The notes under the pieces: generated by a model
Databases searched by the model: none
What the model was told of the DNA's origin: nothing
The model's input: the letters and a program-made list of their open reading frames with translations, nothing else
NCBI RefSeq assembly: GCF_036321535.1
Contig: NC_087437.1
Span: forward strand, 31,064,001-31,128,000
Length of the DNA: 64,000 nt
From: Camelus dromedarius
Lineage: Eukaryota
Direction of reading: 5' to 3'
Translations under genes and position numbers: made by a program
Shown here: in pieces, positions 50,821-64,000 of the stretch
Position numbering within the stretch: position 1 is the stretch's first letter
Layout: every line of letters starts with the position of its first letter

Positions 50821-53800
50821 CTAGATACATATATGTTCAGGGTGTTACTGAGTCCACCTTTCATGGCTTGTTTCATTGCAGTTTTTCAAAATAACCATTA
50901 TAATTCTAGAAAGTTAGGAAAACGTAGAAAAATAAAAATCATTCACCCCAAAATTGCTTACTCATAGCATTTTAGTGGATTTCCTTTTAGTATTTTTTAC
51001 TATAACTATTTGCAAATCTTAAATCAATATTGTACTGTGTATATTATTCTGTAATCTCTATTCAAGGAAATTCTTCTTACTATTGAATATTCTTTCAAGG
51101 CTTGACTTTGTTTAAATGATTTATTCTTACCTTCCATTTTTGAAAAATACATGATCATGGTAAATAAAATTTAAAACAATACAGAAATGTATAATTTTTA
51201 AAAGTCCTTCATAATCTGGTTATAATTTTTAAATTCTCTTTGCTATATTCTTTCAGACTTTTTTCTATGCTTCTACTAACTTAAATACACTTTTAAAATT
51301 TTGCATTCATGGAATAAGATGCTTCACGCTGTTCTAAAATTTTCTTTTTTAAAAAATATTTAACAGTATGTTTAAAAATGTAAAAACAAACTTTAATGAT
51401 GCCTCGATTGTAATCATCATTTTGTGTTTTTCTCTTTTGCTACAATCTGAGGCCCTGGAAGACAAGCTTTTTTCTTGTAGGTGGACTTATTTTATTATTT
51501 TCAGAGTGATTTGGGAGAATACCAGGCAGAAAGTATGACCACTTCTCTCCAGAGAACTCCGGGCCAGTGAGGGGAGGATGGGTCCACGTGAACATCGCGA
51601 CTGGCCAGGCTTTGGCAGATGGAGGTCTCTGCCGCCTGTGGCTGGGGCTGGCTGAGTGGGCCCCTTGGCCCTGGAACTTGCCCTGCCCTGGGGCAGGAAT
51701 TCCAGGATGTACTTCTCTTGCTCTCCAAAAGTGTTGGGAGTACTTTTGTGCATGTTGAATGATCACTTTGTCCGTTTACCTGACACATTCTCAGCCTCTT
51801 TTCTGACTAGGAACTGTGGCTGGTAACCTTTGGGCAGGAGTAGAATCGGAGCTCAGCTGATGGGGTCACAGGGCTAAGGGGTCAAAAGCGATCTGAATTC
51901 CTGTGTAGTCCAGTTAACTTGATGCACCGTGAGAGCTACCCTCCTCAAATGCAGGCAGCCATCTCAGAGACACAAGCTTTCCTTCATCCCAGAGAGTGTG
52001 GGCTGCCTGAGTAAGGGGTGGTGCATTGGCACTGCTGGAAGAAACAGCAGATGGTGGGCCAGGAGCTGGGGCTCCTCCACACAGGACAGAACACGGTTGT
52101 CGTGGTCGGTGTGTGCTGTGCCCCATCACCAGCCCAGTGTTATTAAAGGCTGTTGGGGGATGGCGGTGCAGGGGCTCGAGCTCATGTATTGATAAATTGT
52201 GAAACTCTTCTTTCCTTTCTAACTTTTTGCATCCCCTTTTCTCTGTCTTTCTACCATTTAAATCTCTAGTGCACTCATAAAAGGTAGTTGTGGCTAAATG
52301 AATGCGATTATCAAATTCAGGGAAAGAAAGGCTTATCGTTTCTAGTAGTTGTTAGTTAAAAATTCACAATGGCACATGCTTTATACTTTTCAAGGATAGG
52401 GCAGAAAACATCTGTCTCCAAAATGTACAGGCAACAGAGGACCCCTTGCAGACTGAGGGCATCCTTAGTGTCTAAGGTCAGTCTGTTGTGACAGGTGGCA
52501 GGGGTGCACTGTCATGTTCCTTTCCAAAATAAATTCCCAAACAAATCTCTTCCAGATTCTGATAATAATGATGAATTGAAGGAGCCTTTTTGACAGATAT
52601 AGGGTTTGACCACATATTAGATCAAAAGGAATTATTTAAAACAATTAAAACTTTTAAATGTTATTTACTTCAGGAAAATATGTACAAAAATGTTACAGAA
52701 GTTCAGCTACAACTAGTGTCTGATTTGTGTTGCTCATTATTCAAAAGCTTCAGTCCTGTGTGTTGTGTGAAGTTCACGGCTTCTCTTCCCCTGCTTCGCT
52801 CTTGCAGGTTTTCCCAGGCAAATTCCTAGACTATTTGAAACTCCCTCTTCCTTCTGCCTCCTCCCCTACTGCCTGTCCATCCCCAGTATAGCTGCAAGCT
52901 ATTTCTAATTGCCAACCTGTCCCTTCCTTACCACTAGGACCAGTAGATTGTGATTTTTTTCCCTTATTCTGTGTTAAACATAAAACGCTTAGCCCCATAC
53001 ATAACATTACGCTTCATTTATAGAAGTTGAAGTGTTCTCATGACAGCGTAAGAACATCAGCTTCACAAAGTAGGAAAAAATCATTTAGGCCATTTCTAAA
53101 TACAGTTGGTCACTTATAAAGCACAAATATGAATTAAAGGGAGTAAAGAGCTGTTATTTGTTGAACAATTAGGTGCCTGCCAGCTCCTTTTGAGACTGAA
53201 GGCAAACCACCAACCCTCCCTCAGCCTGATGCTTCATCGCAAAATGTAAACAGTAACACCGGCTGTGTGAACTCACAGGGTTGTGTGAGGGCCGACTAAG
53301 GTGATGCCTATGAAGTAGGATAGCACTTTGAAAATGGTTTTTAATAATTAATACACATAGGAGAGAGGTGTAGTATAAAGGCACGCCTCCTCAAAAATGC
53401 AGGTGCAGAGGCTCATAACTTGAAAATTTCTGCACTGGTTAGAGATTTGGGAAAGAGATGAATTCACTTGTAATTCACTTATAGAAACAAGCAAATACCA
53501 AATGGTTAGATCACAGAGCAGGAACCTCAGAGCATCATATCAAGAACATACACAAAAGGCCTCATGGCGACAGCTAGTCTAGTGAGGGTCTGCCCTGTCC
53601 TGGCAGCAGCCTTATAGGAGTTCTGTGGTTTTCAAACGTCAACACCCTAAGATTTTGTGATCTGTCATCAGCGAACCTAGTGCCTCAATCTTTGCAAAGA
53701 AACTGCACTCTCTTCTCAGTGCCAATTTGCTTTGCAGACCAGAGGCACTGTTCCTGCATAGGGGCTGAGTTTCAATTGAAAAGCATTTCTTGGGACTGCT

Positions 53801-54289
53801 TTCTTGAGTTATTAAATCCTCTTTCATCTTTGTTCTTTACAGTGGCTGCTTCCGTTAGTAAAACCTATATGTAACCCCCATGTTTTTTGTTCGTTTTTTT
53901 GTGAATCCAATTTAGAGACACATAATCCAATTATTATAAGTGAGGAACGGTCTCAGTCAGAGGTTGACAAAAAATGCACCCAGACTCTTACAGTTATAAA
54001 TCTTCCTTATCCCACAGACAGAAACTTAAATAAATAATTACTGGCTGTTCACTACATTTGCTTTTGTTGCATTTTTGTTTTCCCTGATTTCCATGTGTTT
54101 CTCCTGCCTCATTTAGTACTATCTCTATGCACAAAAAGAGCCAAAATCACAATCCCAGGTGCTGACTGATGTGAGCCTCCCAGACTCAGGAAATGAAATT
54201 TGGTGGGAAGGAAAAGAACTCTGATTCTCCAAATGTCTGTCTCTCCAGTGGGCTAATTTACAGTTAGAGCTTCATTCCCTTGGCATGTA

Positions 54290-56950
54290 CCTCCATATCC
54301 CTTTTCTTCATCACCAGGCAATCACTGATCTGCCTTCTGTCACTTCAAATTAGTTTGAATTTTCTAAAACTTCATATAAATGGAATCATACAGTATGCAC
54401 TTTTTTATAGTCTGGCTTCTTTGACTGAACAAAATTATTTTGAGATTCATCTCTGTTGTGGGTAGCACAAGTTCATTCTTTTTATTGCTAAATAGTACCC
54501 CATTGTATGGCTATAGTGCTATTTGTTTATTTATTCACCTTTTGATGGGTATTTTTGAGTTGTCATTAGCCTTCTGGTACATGTCTTTGAGGATTTTCTA
54601 GAGATCTTCATGTTATTAATTTCTAGTATAATTCCAAGGGGATTAGAGAATATATTTCATATGATTTGAATTTTTAAAAAGTTTATTTGGACTTTTTTTT
54701 ATAGTGCAGAATATGATCTCTCTTGGTAAGTGTTTCATAAATACTTGAAAAGAATGTGTGTTCTGTTCTAAGGTAGAATTTGTGGATTATGACAAGTTGG
54801 TTGTTAATGTTATTCAAATCTTCTATATCTTTACAGATTTTCTATCTCTTTGTTTTATTGATTATAAAGAAAGGTAATAAATTCTCCAAATTTAATGTGG
54901 ATTTTTTTTCTATTTTTTCTTTACAATTCTATTAGTTTTTGTTTCATGCATTTTGAAGCTCTATTTTTAAGTATATAAATACTTAGTTTTGTTATGGCTC
55001 ATGATGAATTGACCCTTTTATCAATATGAAATGAGCTATGAAATTGCTCTATCAACATAGTCCATCTTTCTTTAGATTAGTATTATGATGGTATATCTTT
55101 TACAATCCTTTTAGTTTAACTTATTTGTGTCTTTAAATTTTAAAGTAGGTCTCTGATAAATGGCATACAGTTGGGCCTTGCTTTTTTATCCAATTTGACA
55201 ATCTCTGCTCTTATTTTTAATTGAATTGTTTAGACCATTTGCATTTAATGGGATTATAAATATGGTTGGATTTACATCTATCATCACTGTATTTGTTTTC
55301 TGTTTGTCTCATCTGTTCTATGTTCCCTTTTAATTCTTTTTGGATTGAGTATTTTTTATGGTTCCATTTTTCTTCATTTTTGGTTTATCAGCTATAACTG
55401 TTTTATTATTTTAGTGGTTGCTTTAGGGTTTTTAATATACATCTTTAATTTATTTCAGTCAAACCTTCACATAATATACCACTTCACATTTGGTACAAGA
55501 ACCTTACAAAGCATACTTCCGTTTCTTAGCTCCCAGTCTTTGTACAATTGTTCTCAGACAATTTACTTTTGCATATATTATAAAACCTATGATATGTTGC
55601 TATTATTTTTATTTTAACCAGTCAGTTGTCTTTTTAAAAGATTTAAGTACTAAGTAAAAATCTTTATGTTTACCTACAAACTATGTGTGTGGTTATCATT
55701 TCTGATGCTTATCATTCCTTTGTGTGGAACTAGGTTTCCTTTGTTTTTTTTTCTGCTGAAAGACTTTTTTCTTTTTTAACCCTTCTGGTGCCTGAAAGGA
55801 ACTGGAGATGGGTATCTTCCTCCTGATCAGTTATGCTCTAATAAAACCCCATAAAAAGATAGTCTCCGATAAATTAGTTTTGAGGACAGATCTTGTTGAA
55901 CAGGATACTCTGGCACTTATCAAAGTGGTTTCTTTTCCCCTGTCCTGAGAGAAGCAGGAAGGAATTTTCTCCTTTTCTCTGATCTTCACTGTGAGAATTT
56001 GGTAGAACTCCAGGAGGTAAAACTAACAAAAACATGGATGTCCCCATCACAGAGCCTCCCTCCCTGAGTTTTTAATTCTCAGAGTTTTCCACACAGTCCT
56101 CTTACCCTGGCATTGGTTCCCACAGAGGTTTTTGCTCCTGGGTTTGTGCTTCAGTAAGTGTGATTCTCCGTATTTGCCTGTCTGTCTCCAATTTGGGGGC
56201 AGCGTCTGCCCTGGGACCTCAGTTCTCTCATATATGGAAGAAGAATTGTTGATTTTCAGTTGTTCAGCATTTTATTTTTTGTTCAGACGGAGTGATGACT
56301 TCCAAGCTCCTCACATGCCAGATCAGAGACTGAAATTCCTAACTTGTTTTTTTACTTTATTCTTATGAGTTCTTGTAACAATTATATCACTACAAATTAT
56401 TATAATTTTGGTTCCTACCTTTTAATTTATTTTTCTGTCCACTTTAAGTTAGCTAGAACTCTCAGGGTAATATTAAAGAACAGTGTTGGGGAAGGCTATC
56501 TTTATCTTATTTTTATTTTCACAAAGATGTCTTTAGTATGTAAGTCATTTTACAATGCCAACATTTTTTGCATAGATATTATTTATCATATTAAGATAAT
56601 ATTGTTAGTCCTACTTTACCAAGGTTTTTCTTTTTTTTTTAATTAGAAATGGATGTTGAATTCTGAAAAACCTTCTGAAGAACTAATCATGTTTTATTTA
56701 TTTATATTATTAATTATAATAGCAGATTTTTAAAGTTGGACCTTCTTATACTACTGAAGTAAACTCCATTTGGTCACTGTGTAACGGTTGTTTACTTGCT
56801 ACTAGTTTCAATTTGCAAAACTTTCATGTATATTTGTTTCTCTATACTCATAAATGAGACCATGTTAATTTTTTGCATTTTCTTTCACTCACTTTGGTAT
56901 TAGTTCTGTGATAGCTTCATAAAAAATGATTGTCTTTTCATCTTTATATG
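54290..56950 (-). mobile_element. Cluster of ancient LINE-1 fragments
   Basis: T-rich plus strand with antisense L1 3' UTR (CATATAAATGGAATCATACAGTATG) and ORF2 motifs (CTTGAAAAGAATGTGTGTTCTG; GAATTGACCCTTTTATCA). Confidence 0.75.
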
Positions 56951-56958
56951 CTCTGGAA

Positions 56959-57175
56959 TAGGGGTCAAACTATGGCCCACCGGCCAAATCTGCCCCATTG
57001 CTTGCTTTTGTAAAGTTCTGCTGGGAGACATTTATGACCACCCATAAGTATATTATCTGCGGCTGCTTTCCCAGTACAATAGCAGAGTTGAGTAGTTGCA
57101 ACAGAGACTGTGTGGGCCACAAAATTGAAAATATTTGCTCTCTGGTCCTTTATAGAAAGAGTTTGCTGACTCTTG
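56959..57175. mobile_element. MER58A hAT-Charlie MITE
   Basis: AGGGGTCAAACTATGGCCCACCGGCCAAATCTGCCC...GTTTGCTGACTCTTG. 8-bp TSD CTCTGGAA / GTCTAGAA. Confidence 0.85.
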
Positions 57176-59049
57176 GTCTAGAATAATTTAGATAGTAGGA
57201 AACGCCTTCCATTTTTTGATGATCTGAAACTAGAGCAGGGGCTATAGATTAAAATAGCATTGGGTTAAAACCCGTATCCAGCCTGCACCACTAATGGTGT
57301 GCTTGTTGCTGGGTGACATAACCTTCCTGTGGGCCATTTCCCTCAACTATAAAATGTGAATAATAATAATACTTGTTTGAAATAAGGATGCTATAAGGAT
57401 GAAATATATTAATGCATGTTCATAGTCCTTGGCAGAATGCTAAGAACTTATGAATTCTTAACAAATGCAACTTTATTCTTGGGAGTTTCTTGACACTGCC
57501 TTCAAGTCATGGTTTGTTTTCCTGCAGTACTCAATAGCCTAGTTGGTGCCAATAATGTATTCTTAAATTCAGTAATTTTAGTTTTTATCTGAAAGTACTT
57601 TTTCTAATCCAGTTTCTTTCTTTTTATTAAATACAATGTCTTTTAAATCTTACTGAAATTAAAAATGAAGGATTTCTAAAGTTTATTCTCCATCTTTTCA
57701 GCAAATGTCTTTCATAGAACAAACATTGGCTTTGATTCTTCAAATCCTCTTTCAAACTTCTGTGATTCCACACATATTTCATGATTTTTTTCTGTTCATA
57801 TTTTCAGGGGGAACTTTTCATTCATTGCTGGAATTGTAGGCAGGTCCGTCCTGAACTTACTGGGTCCTTCTCCAATATTTCAGGTCTGGGCTAAGGGTGA
57901 GAGGAGAAACCAAGTTGTCAGTGGGACGTCACTGTTGTTGAACGCAGCTATGAAGTCAAAAGCTTCACTTGTCCAAACAAGTTTGTTTTCAGATTCTTAT
58001 TGTTGCATTCAGAAGTTAGCATGCCCCTCTTTCCAACCATCACATGTAACTGCGTTTTCAGGAGACACCTACCCCCAGGTAGACGAAGATGGAAATTAGC
58101 TCTCCTACTGGTGGCTGCGTGGCTCTCCTTGTCTCTAGCTCCCGCCACTTATAGAAGTTCACCTCAGGGTCCCACTACTTACTTCCCAGGTGGACAATTC
58201 CTTTTTAGGTCATGACACCAGGTTTGGTCAACTCTTTTAAAAATCTGCTTTTGCATGTATTAGATCTTACAGACATTCTCAAGGCTGTTAGCATGTAGAA
58301 GACACAGTTGCCTCAGTCTAGAACTGACATAAATTCCTTACTCCTACCCATTTTAGTAGAAATAAGGACAAGCTAATTGGGCAGTGAGGCTGATAATCTT
58401 GAAACAGGTGTCAATTCATTTTCTTAAGTTTTTATATTGCAGTATTCAGACAAAACAGAAAACATTTCAATGAAATAGCCAATATGTACAAAACCAAAAT
58501 TAAATGTCTCTTAAATGCCCAGGCAATTGATGATTACATATTGAAGTGATTTTTGTAAATCACTTTAAAAAAAGATAATCATAACAAAGCCTTCTTCCTC
58601 TTCTCTTTCCCAATTCTGGGGTAGATAAGGGATTCTTAGAAAGAATGTTTTAAGGAGAAGGCAACATTCCAAAGCTGATTTCTTAAGCTTAATTTTGTAA
58701 ATTGAGCTGTATTGGTTTTATATCTGTACTCATTATTCAGTTTAATAATTTTAAAAACAATTAAAAATCCACTTTGGTATGAATTTTTGGTTATTGCAAG
58801 CCAAAGTATTTTACAGATTGAATTTCACCTGCAGTTATTCCACTTCCCCACTTGGCTTTGCGTGTGTAGACTGAGCACTAGAAGCTTTGCCTATAATAGA
58901 AGTTGATGTTATTAATAAATGTAGAAGTGAATTTGCATGAAAAATACGAGAGTAAGTAAAAACACCCGGAATCAGATGGAATATCCTTGCCAGCACCCAG
59001 GTAAACAGCCATTCTCATCTCCTCCCCTCTTAACATTGCTCACCAGGTC

Positions 59050-60170
59050 CAACTGATTCCAGCAGCTAACTTATATCCAAACCGCCCTCTCCGTGCTCTC
59101 CATTGAGGTACCATCTCTTGCCTCTGAACTCAGTGGCCCCTGAACAGCCCTCTTAACTTTTAGACTCAGGCCTCCTCTAAGCCCCTCCCCCTAGACTGCC
59201 TGCTCTGCGTGGTCTTTCTAAATAAGGACCTTGTCACCCCCCTGACTAAATGCTTTACTGCCTTTAAGGATAAGGCCTGAAATCCTTAGTGTTACGTAAG
59301 TGGTGCCAAACATCTTTGCCGTTCCCCAGGCCCCTTAACACAGCCACGCTGAAGGTCCCACTGCTTCCAGCACACACCACATTCTTTCATGCCTCTGTAC
59401 ATTTACATGTGCTGTTTTATTTGCCAGGATCCTCTCCTCCCCTTCACTACCTTATCATGCACCATCCTATCCTATGCCTCCTTTAAGAATCAGGTAAAAC
59501 ATCACCCAGCCCTTTAGGAGAGTTGGTTACTCCCTTCTTTTTATTTCTGGAGCATCTTTGCACAATCTTTATTTTGTGACGGTTAATTCCCTGGTATTCA
59601 TTGCCCCTTTCTTCTGCCAACAGCCCTCAGATTGTTGACTGAGAATCTGTCCCTTCTCTGTTGTCAGGATGTTGGGGTTGCATTGGCTCTACATGCAGTC
59701 CAAATGATGGACTATCACTGACCTTAGTTGATCAGAGTATCTCATTTTCCTGGCTCCACAGATTGGCTCAAGGATGACGTAAGCCTGAGCAATCAGAGTG
59801 ATCCCGGAACTTCACAGGCATCACTTCTCTTCTGGGTTTGGTGGTGAGAGGGTGTGAGGCTTAAATTCTTGTAACTATCCTTCTCCCACAAAGAGACCCT
59901 TCCTGAGCATCCAAACAAGCACTATGAGGAGGAAGAGCTGAGAGAAGGAGCCTGAAAACATTAGTGAGTCCCAAATCAGACCCAGCCTGAAGCCAGTCCT
60001 ACCTTCTGAACTACCCCTTGCTTGTGAACCAAAGACCAACAAAAAATAGCTACCTACCTACCTACCTGCCATCTTTTTTGATGAAGCCAAGATAGGTAAG
60101 GTTTGTTTGTTTTTGTCTTTGTACTGCAGTGCACTTGGGGCATAGTAGTTGCTTAATAAATGTTTGAAAA
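59050..60170 (+). mobile_element. LINE-2 fragments interrupted by an old LTR (about 59660-60110)
   Basis: L2-like pyrimidine-rich text at 59050-59650 and L2 tail GCATAGTAGTTGCTTAATAAATGTTTG at about 60140. The intervening sequence resembles LTR16/MLT1. Confidence 0.5.
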
Positions 60171-60531
60171 AACGTGAGGAAAGAGAATTGTAGTTTTATC
60201 TAATCATTGTATGCGTGGTTATGTGAACAACAAAGTTTCACTCTGATAGTTTTAGATTTCAGTCCTCTTATATCTTATTTCTTGGTCAAAGGATGGGGGA
60301 AAAAATGTGTCCATAAAAACAAAAGACTCACCCAAGGAAAACCTTCAGGAATTTCTATTTTTTATTGAGTTTCCAAGGAGCATATTAAAAGAAATTGCAA
60401 AGCCTGATGCTGTCAGTCCCTGGAAGGGGATGGGAATGAAGAAATCTAAACTGCAAACTTACAGCTGCTTGAGGTGAATAAAAGTATTAAATTTTAATTC
60501 TTTAAAATGAAGCTTCTACAAAGCTTCTATT

Positions 60532-60964
60532 TGTGCCAGTGATCTCCTGTTTGCTTTCCCAGATCTGCTGTCTCTATTTCTCCACCCTGCTCTCTGCACC
60601 CTGGCGTCAGACTTGTATGGCTTATGTTGGAGCCCTTACCATCTGGTTTGGCCAATGGGAAGCCCCAGCAGTGGGGGAGGAAAGTGAGGCTGGGGAATTA
60701 CTGACTCTTTGCCTGCAGGGGATCACCTTAGGCTGACTGTATCCCTTGATTGTCAAGGTTGTGAATCCTGGACAATGAACTCATGACAGCCTTCTCTGTA
60801 TGACTCTTTCCAACCCAGTTCTGGCAAGCACTCCCTCCTCTCTGCTGCTGCTCCCTGAATTACTACAGTGTCCTTTATAATTCTACACCTGGACAGCTAA
60901 ACCTGGTTTGAAATGACTAATTTGAGTGTGCCATCTGTTTTCTGTGGGGACCCCAAGTGATACA
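60532..60964 (+). mobile_element. ERVL solo LTR (LTR33-like)
   Basis: TGTGCCAGT...TTTGAGTGTGCCATCTGTTTTCTGTGGGGACCCCAAGTGATACA, flanked by TATT on both sides. Confidence 0.7.
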
Positions 60965-61041
60965 TATTTATTGCAGAAATTAAAAAATTAAACATAATAC
61001 AAACCTAATGCACTTTGCAAGTACATGAAACATTGTCTTTT

Positions 61042-61848
61042 TTTGTATATATATATTTTTATTGAAGTATAGTCAGTCTACAATGTGTCAATTTCTCAGG
61101 TACAACATAATGCTTCAGTCATACATGAACATACATGTTTGTTTTCATTTTCTTTTTCACCATAGGTTATGACAAGATATTGACTGTAGTCCCCTGTGCT
61201 ACACAGTATGAACTCGTATATCTGTTTTATATATATTAGTCAGTATCTGCAAATCTTGAACCCCCAGTTTATCCCTTCCCCCCTTGGTAACCATAAGTTT
61301 GTTTTCTATATCTGTAAGTCTGTTTCTGTTTTGTAAATAAGTTCATTTTGTCTTATTTTTTAGATTCCACATGTAAGTGATTATCATATGGTATTTTTCT
61401 TTCTCCTTCTGGCTTACTTCACTTAGAATGACAAACTCCAGGTCCATCCATGTTGCTGCAAATGGTATTATTTTGTTCTTTTTAATGGCTGAGTAGTATT
61501 CCTTTGTATAAATATACCACCACTTCTTCATCCAGTCATCTTTTGTTTCCATGTCTTGGCTATTGTAAATAGTGCTGCAGTGAACATTGGGGTGCATGTG
61601 TCTTTTCAAATTAAAGTTTTCTCTGGATATATACCCAGGAGTGGGATTGCTGGATCATATGGTAGGTCTATTTTTAGTCTTTGAGCATTCTCTATACTGT
61701 TTTCCATAACGGCTGCACCAAACTACATTCTCAACAACAATGTAGGAGGGCTCCCTTTTTTCCACACCCTCTCCAGCATTTATCATTTGTGGTCTTTTTA
61801 ATAATGTTCATTCTGACTGGTGTGAGGTGATAGCTTATTGTAGTTTTG
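61042..61848 (-). mobile_element. 5'-truncated LINE-1 3' end with TSD
   Basis: ORF2 C-terminal peptide (WYIYTKEYYSAIKKNKIIPFAATWMDLE). TSD AAACATTGTCTTTT (61028-61041) / GAACACTGTCTTTT (61849-61862), followed by AA (canonical TTTT/AA). Confidence 0.92.
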
Positions 61849-63165
61849 GAACACTGTCTTTTAAGACTGGTAGAAAAACAGAGCCTGTGTTAACTACGCT
61901 CATGTGAAAATGACTAAAAAGGCAAACTGGGGAAGGGAAATGCTTAGATGGCTTTCTTGGTTTTATTCAAGCAAGTCTTCCCAGTGCACAACCCCAAGGG
62001 TGCCGTTCACAGGATGATTCAGGCTCACTTTAGGAATGTTTGACAACCAGAACCATTTCTACTTAGCAACGAGAGAATGAGAGCAGATCAAACAATTTTA
62101 TTTGGTGAAATGAGATTAAAACAGGTACCAAGAAGAGCGACAAAGAGAAAAAGAAATTCCCAAACCAGTTAGTTTCTTTTGGCCTTGGAATTTGCTCTTT
62201 AGCGCCAAAGTTTTAAAATAACACAGACCAAGAGTTGTGTATCAGAGTAAGGACGGATTGTTAGCTTGGAGGTCTGGCTTAGGTTAGAAGGTATAATGGC
62301 CTCTAAGATTTTTGTCTAATACCAGTTGGCAAAACTCCCAGTTTCCTTAGACCTGCCATACTGAATCCTTGACCAGTTCTTTGATCAGGGCTGGGAGTGT
62401 CCTGTCTTGCAACCTTCAGCATGGGAACAGGGTTGATCATCATGACTTCCTATTCCTTAGGGTTTCCTGGTCCAACTTGACCTTTGGAACACCTCTCCTC
62501 TTTGAGAAGTGTGTGGGACTCCTCTCTGATGCCTGCCCTTGCTGATGTCCTCTCTCACCGAAGTGCTCCCCAGGACTTGCTCTCTATCCTGTGAATAGGG
62601 CTGCATCTCTGCCTCAGCTTGGCTTTCTCCGAAGCACAGCTGGAGCAGTGTGCAGTTAAAAATATCAACGTCTTGAGAGATTAGGAGGGGCGTTGGTTAG
62701 GGGGGAGCAGAAAGTCTGTTCATTAAGAGCTTTTAAATTTCCAAACGCCCCTTCTGAGTCATTAACACATTTGGCTAAGAACATCTCTGACAACTCAGAG
62801 AGAGATAGAGAGAGGTGTTCCTGTGTTGTACTCTGAGTGTGTTATGAGTGTTCATGTTAATAAGGAAGAGAAAAAAATACTTGCCCATGCTGATGATGAG
62901 CTGAATTCCATGCTGTGAGCAAAAAGAACAAAATGTTAATTCTGGGTAAGTCAGCTGTCCGAGGAGCCTGTGTTCTGACCACCTGCCCTGTTCCCACAAT
63001 GGGCACTAATTAGCCAGCACTCTTACTATTTAGAGACATGCTATACACACAAGGCAAGCCAGAGTTTCCATAGTGAAGCCTCACTCACTCCTACCAATTG
63101 GAAGTGACAACTAATGGGACTTAACAAGAAATCTCAGCTCTGGAGTGTTTATTTCAGATGTATGC

Positions 63166-64000
63166 TTTTTAAAATTTTTTTTATTGATTTATAATCATTT
63201 TACAATGTTGTATCAAATTCCAGTGTACAGCACAATTTTTCAGTCATACATGAACATATATATATTCATTGTCACATTTTTTTCTCTGTGAGCTACCATA
63301 AGATCTTGTGTACCTTTCCCTGTGCTATACAGTATTATCTTGTTTATCTATTCTACAATTCTGAAATCCCGTCTATCCCTTCCCACCCTCTGCCCCCTTG
63401 GCAACCCCAAGTTTGTATTCTATGTCTATGAGTCTATTTCTGTTTTGTATTTATGTTTTTGTTTTTGTTTTTGTTTTTTTTTTTAGGCTCCACATATGAG
63501 TGATCTCATAAGGTATTTTCTTTCTCTTTCTGGCTTACTTCACTTAGAATGACATTCTCCAGGAGCATCTATGTTGCTGCAAATGGCATTATGTTGTCGG
63601 TTTTTATGGTTGAGTAGTATTCCATTGTATAAATATACCACATCTTCTGTATCCAGTCATCCGTTGATGGACATTTAGGCTGTCTCCATGTCTTGGCTAT
63701 TGTAAATAGTGCTGCTATGAACATCGGGGTGCAGGTGTCATCCTGAAGTAGGGTTCCTTCTGGATATATGCCCAGGAGTGGGATGACTGGGTCATATAGT
63801 AAGTCTATTCCTAGTCTTTTGAGAAATCTCCATACTGTTTTCCACAGTGGCTGCACCAAACTGCATTCCCACCAGCAGTGTAGGAGGGTTCCCCTTTCTC
63901 CACAGCCTCTCCAGCATTTGCCATTTGTGGACTTTTGAATGATGGCCATTCTGACTGGTGTGAGGTGATACCTCATCATAGTTTAGATTTGCATTTCTCT
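63166..64000 (-). mobile_element. Young LINE-1 3' end, continues off the right edge
   Basis: ORF 63569-63979 is the ORF2p C-terminus with intact Cys-rich motif [18 protein letters not shown]. Highly similar to the 4452 copy. Confidence 0.95.

Noticed and set aside
1..64000. Other KCNAB1 exons (beta1.1, beta1.3, core), vomeronasal receptor genes, tRNA/rRNA, CRISPR or prokaryote-type systems
   Set aside because: None were recognisable in the ORF track or by reading; short exons could have been missed. B-box-like motifs (e.g. about 10805) belong to MIR elements.

Overview
Mammalian (eutherian) genomic DNA, mostly intronic and rich in repeats. The only protein-coding exon I can support is the isoform-specific first coding exon of KCNAB1 Kv-beta1.2 (+ strand, ATG 17013, donor after 17254; MHLYKPACADIPSPKLGLPK...ETGMAYR). 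The shared aldo-keto-reductase core exons are not in the window, so the sequence downstream is the long first intron. The most distinctive element is a minus-strand chimeric retrocopy at about 37815-38364. It consists of a SNORA70 (U70) H/ACA snoRNA, the rest of its host intron, spliced 3' RPL10 exons, a poly(A) signal and a poly(A) tail. The rest comprises five 5'-truncated relatively young LINE-1 3' ends (all antisense to KCNAB1, several with target-site duplications), older L1/L2/MIR/CR1 fragments, MaLR/ERVL solo LTRs, hAT and Tc2 DNA-transposon fossils, and microsatellites. The young L1 sequence and the lack of recognisable Alu/B1/Bov/PRE SINEs suggest a camelid genome (inference). Repeat subfamily names come from memory of consensus sequences, and their boundaries are approximate. 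I found no convincing novel multi-gene system.
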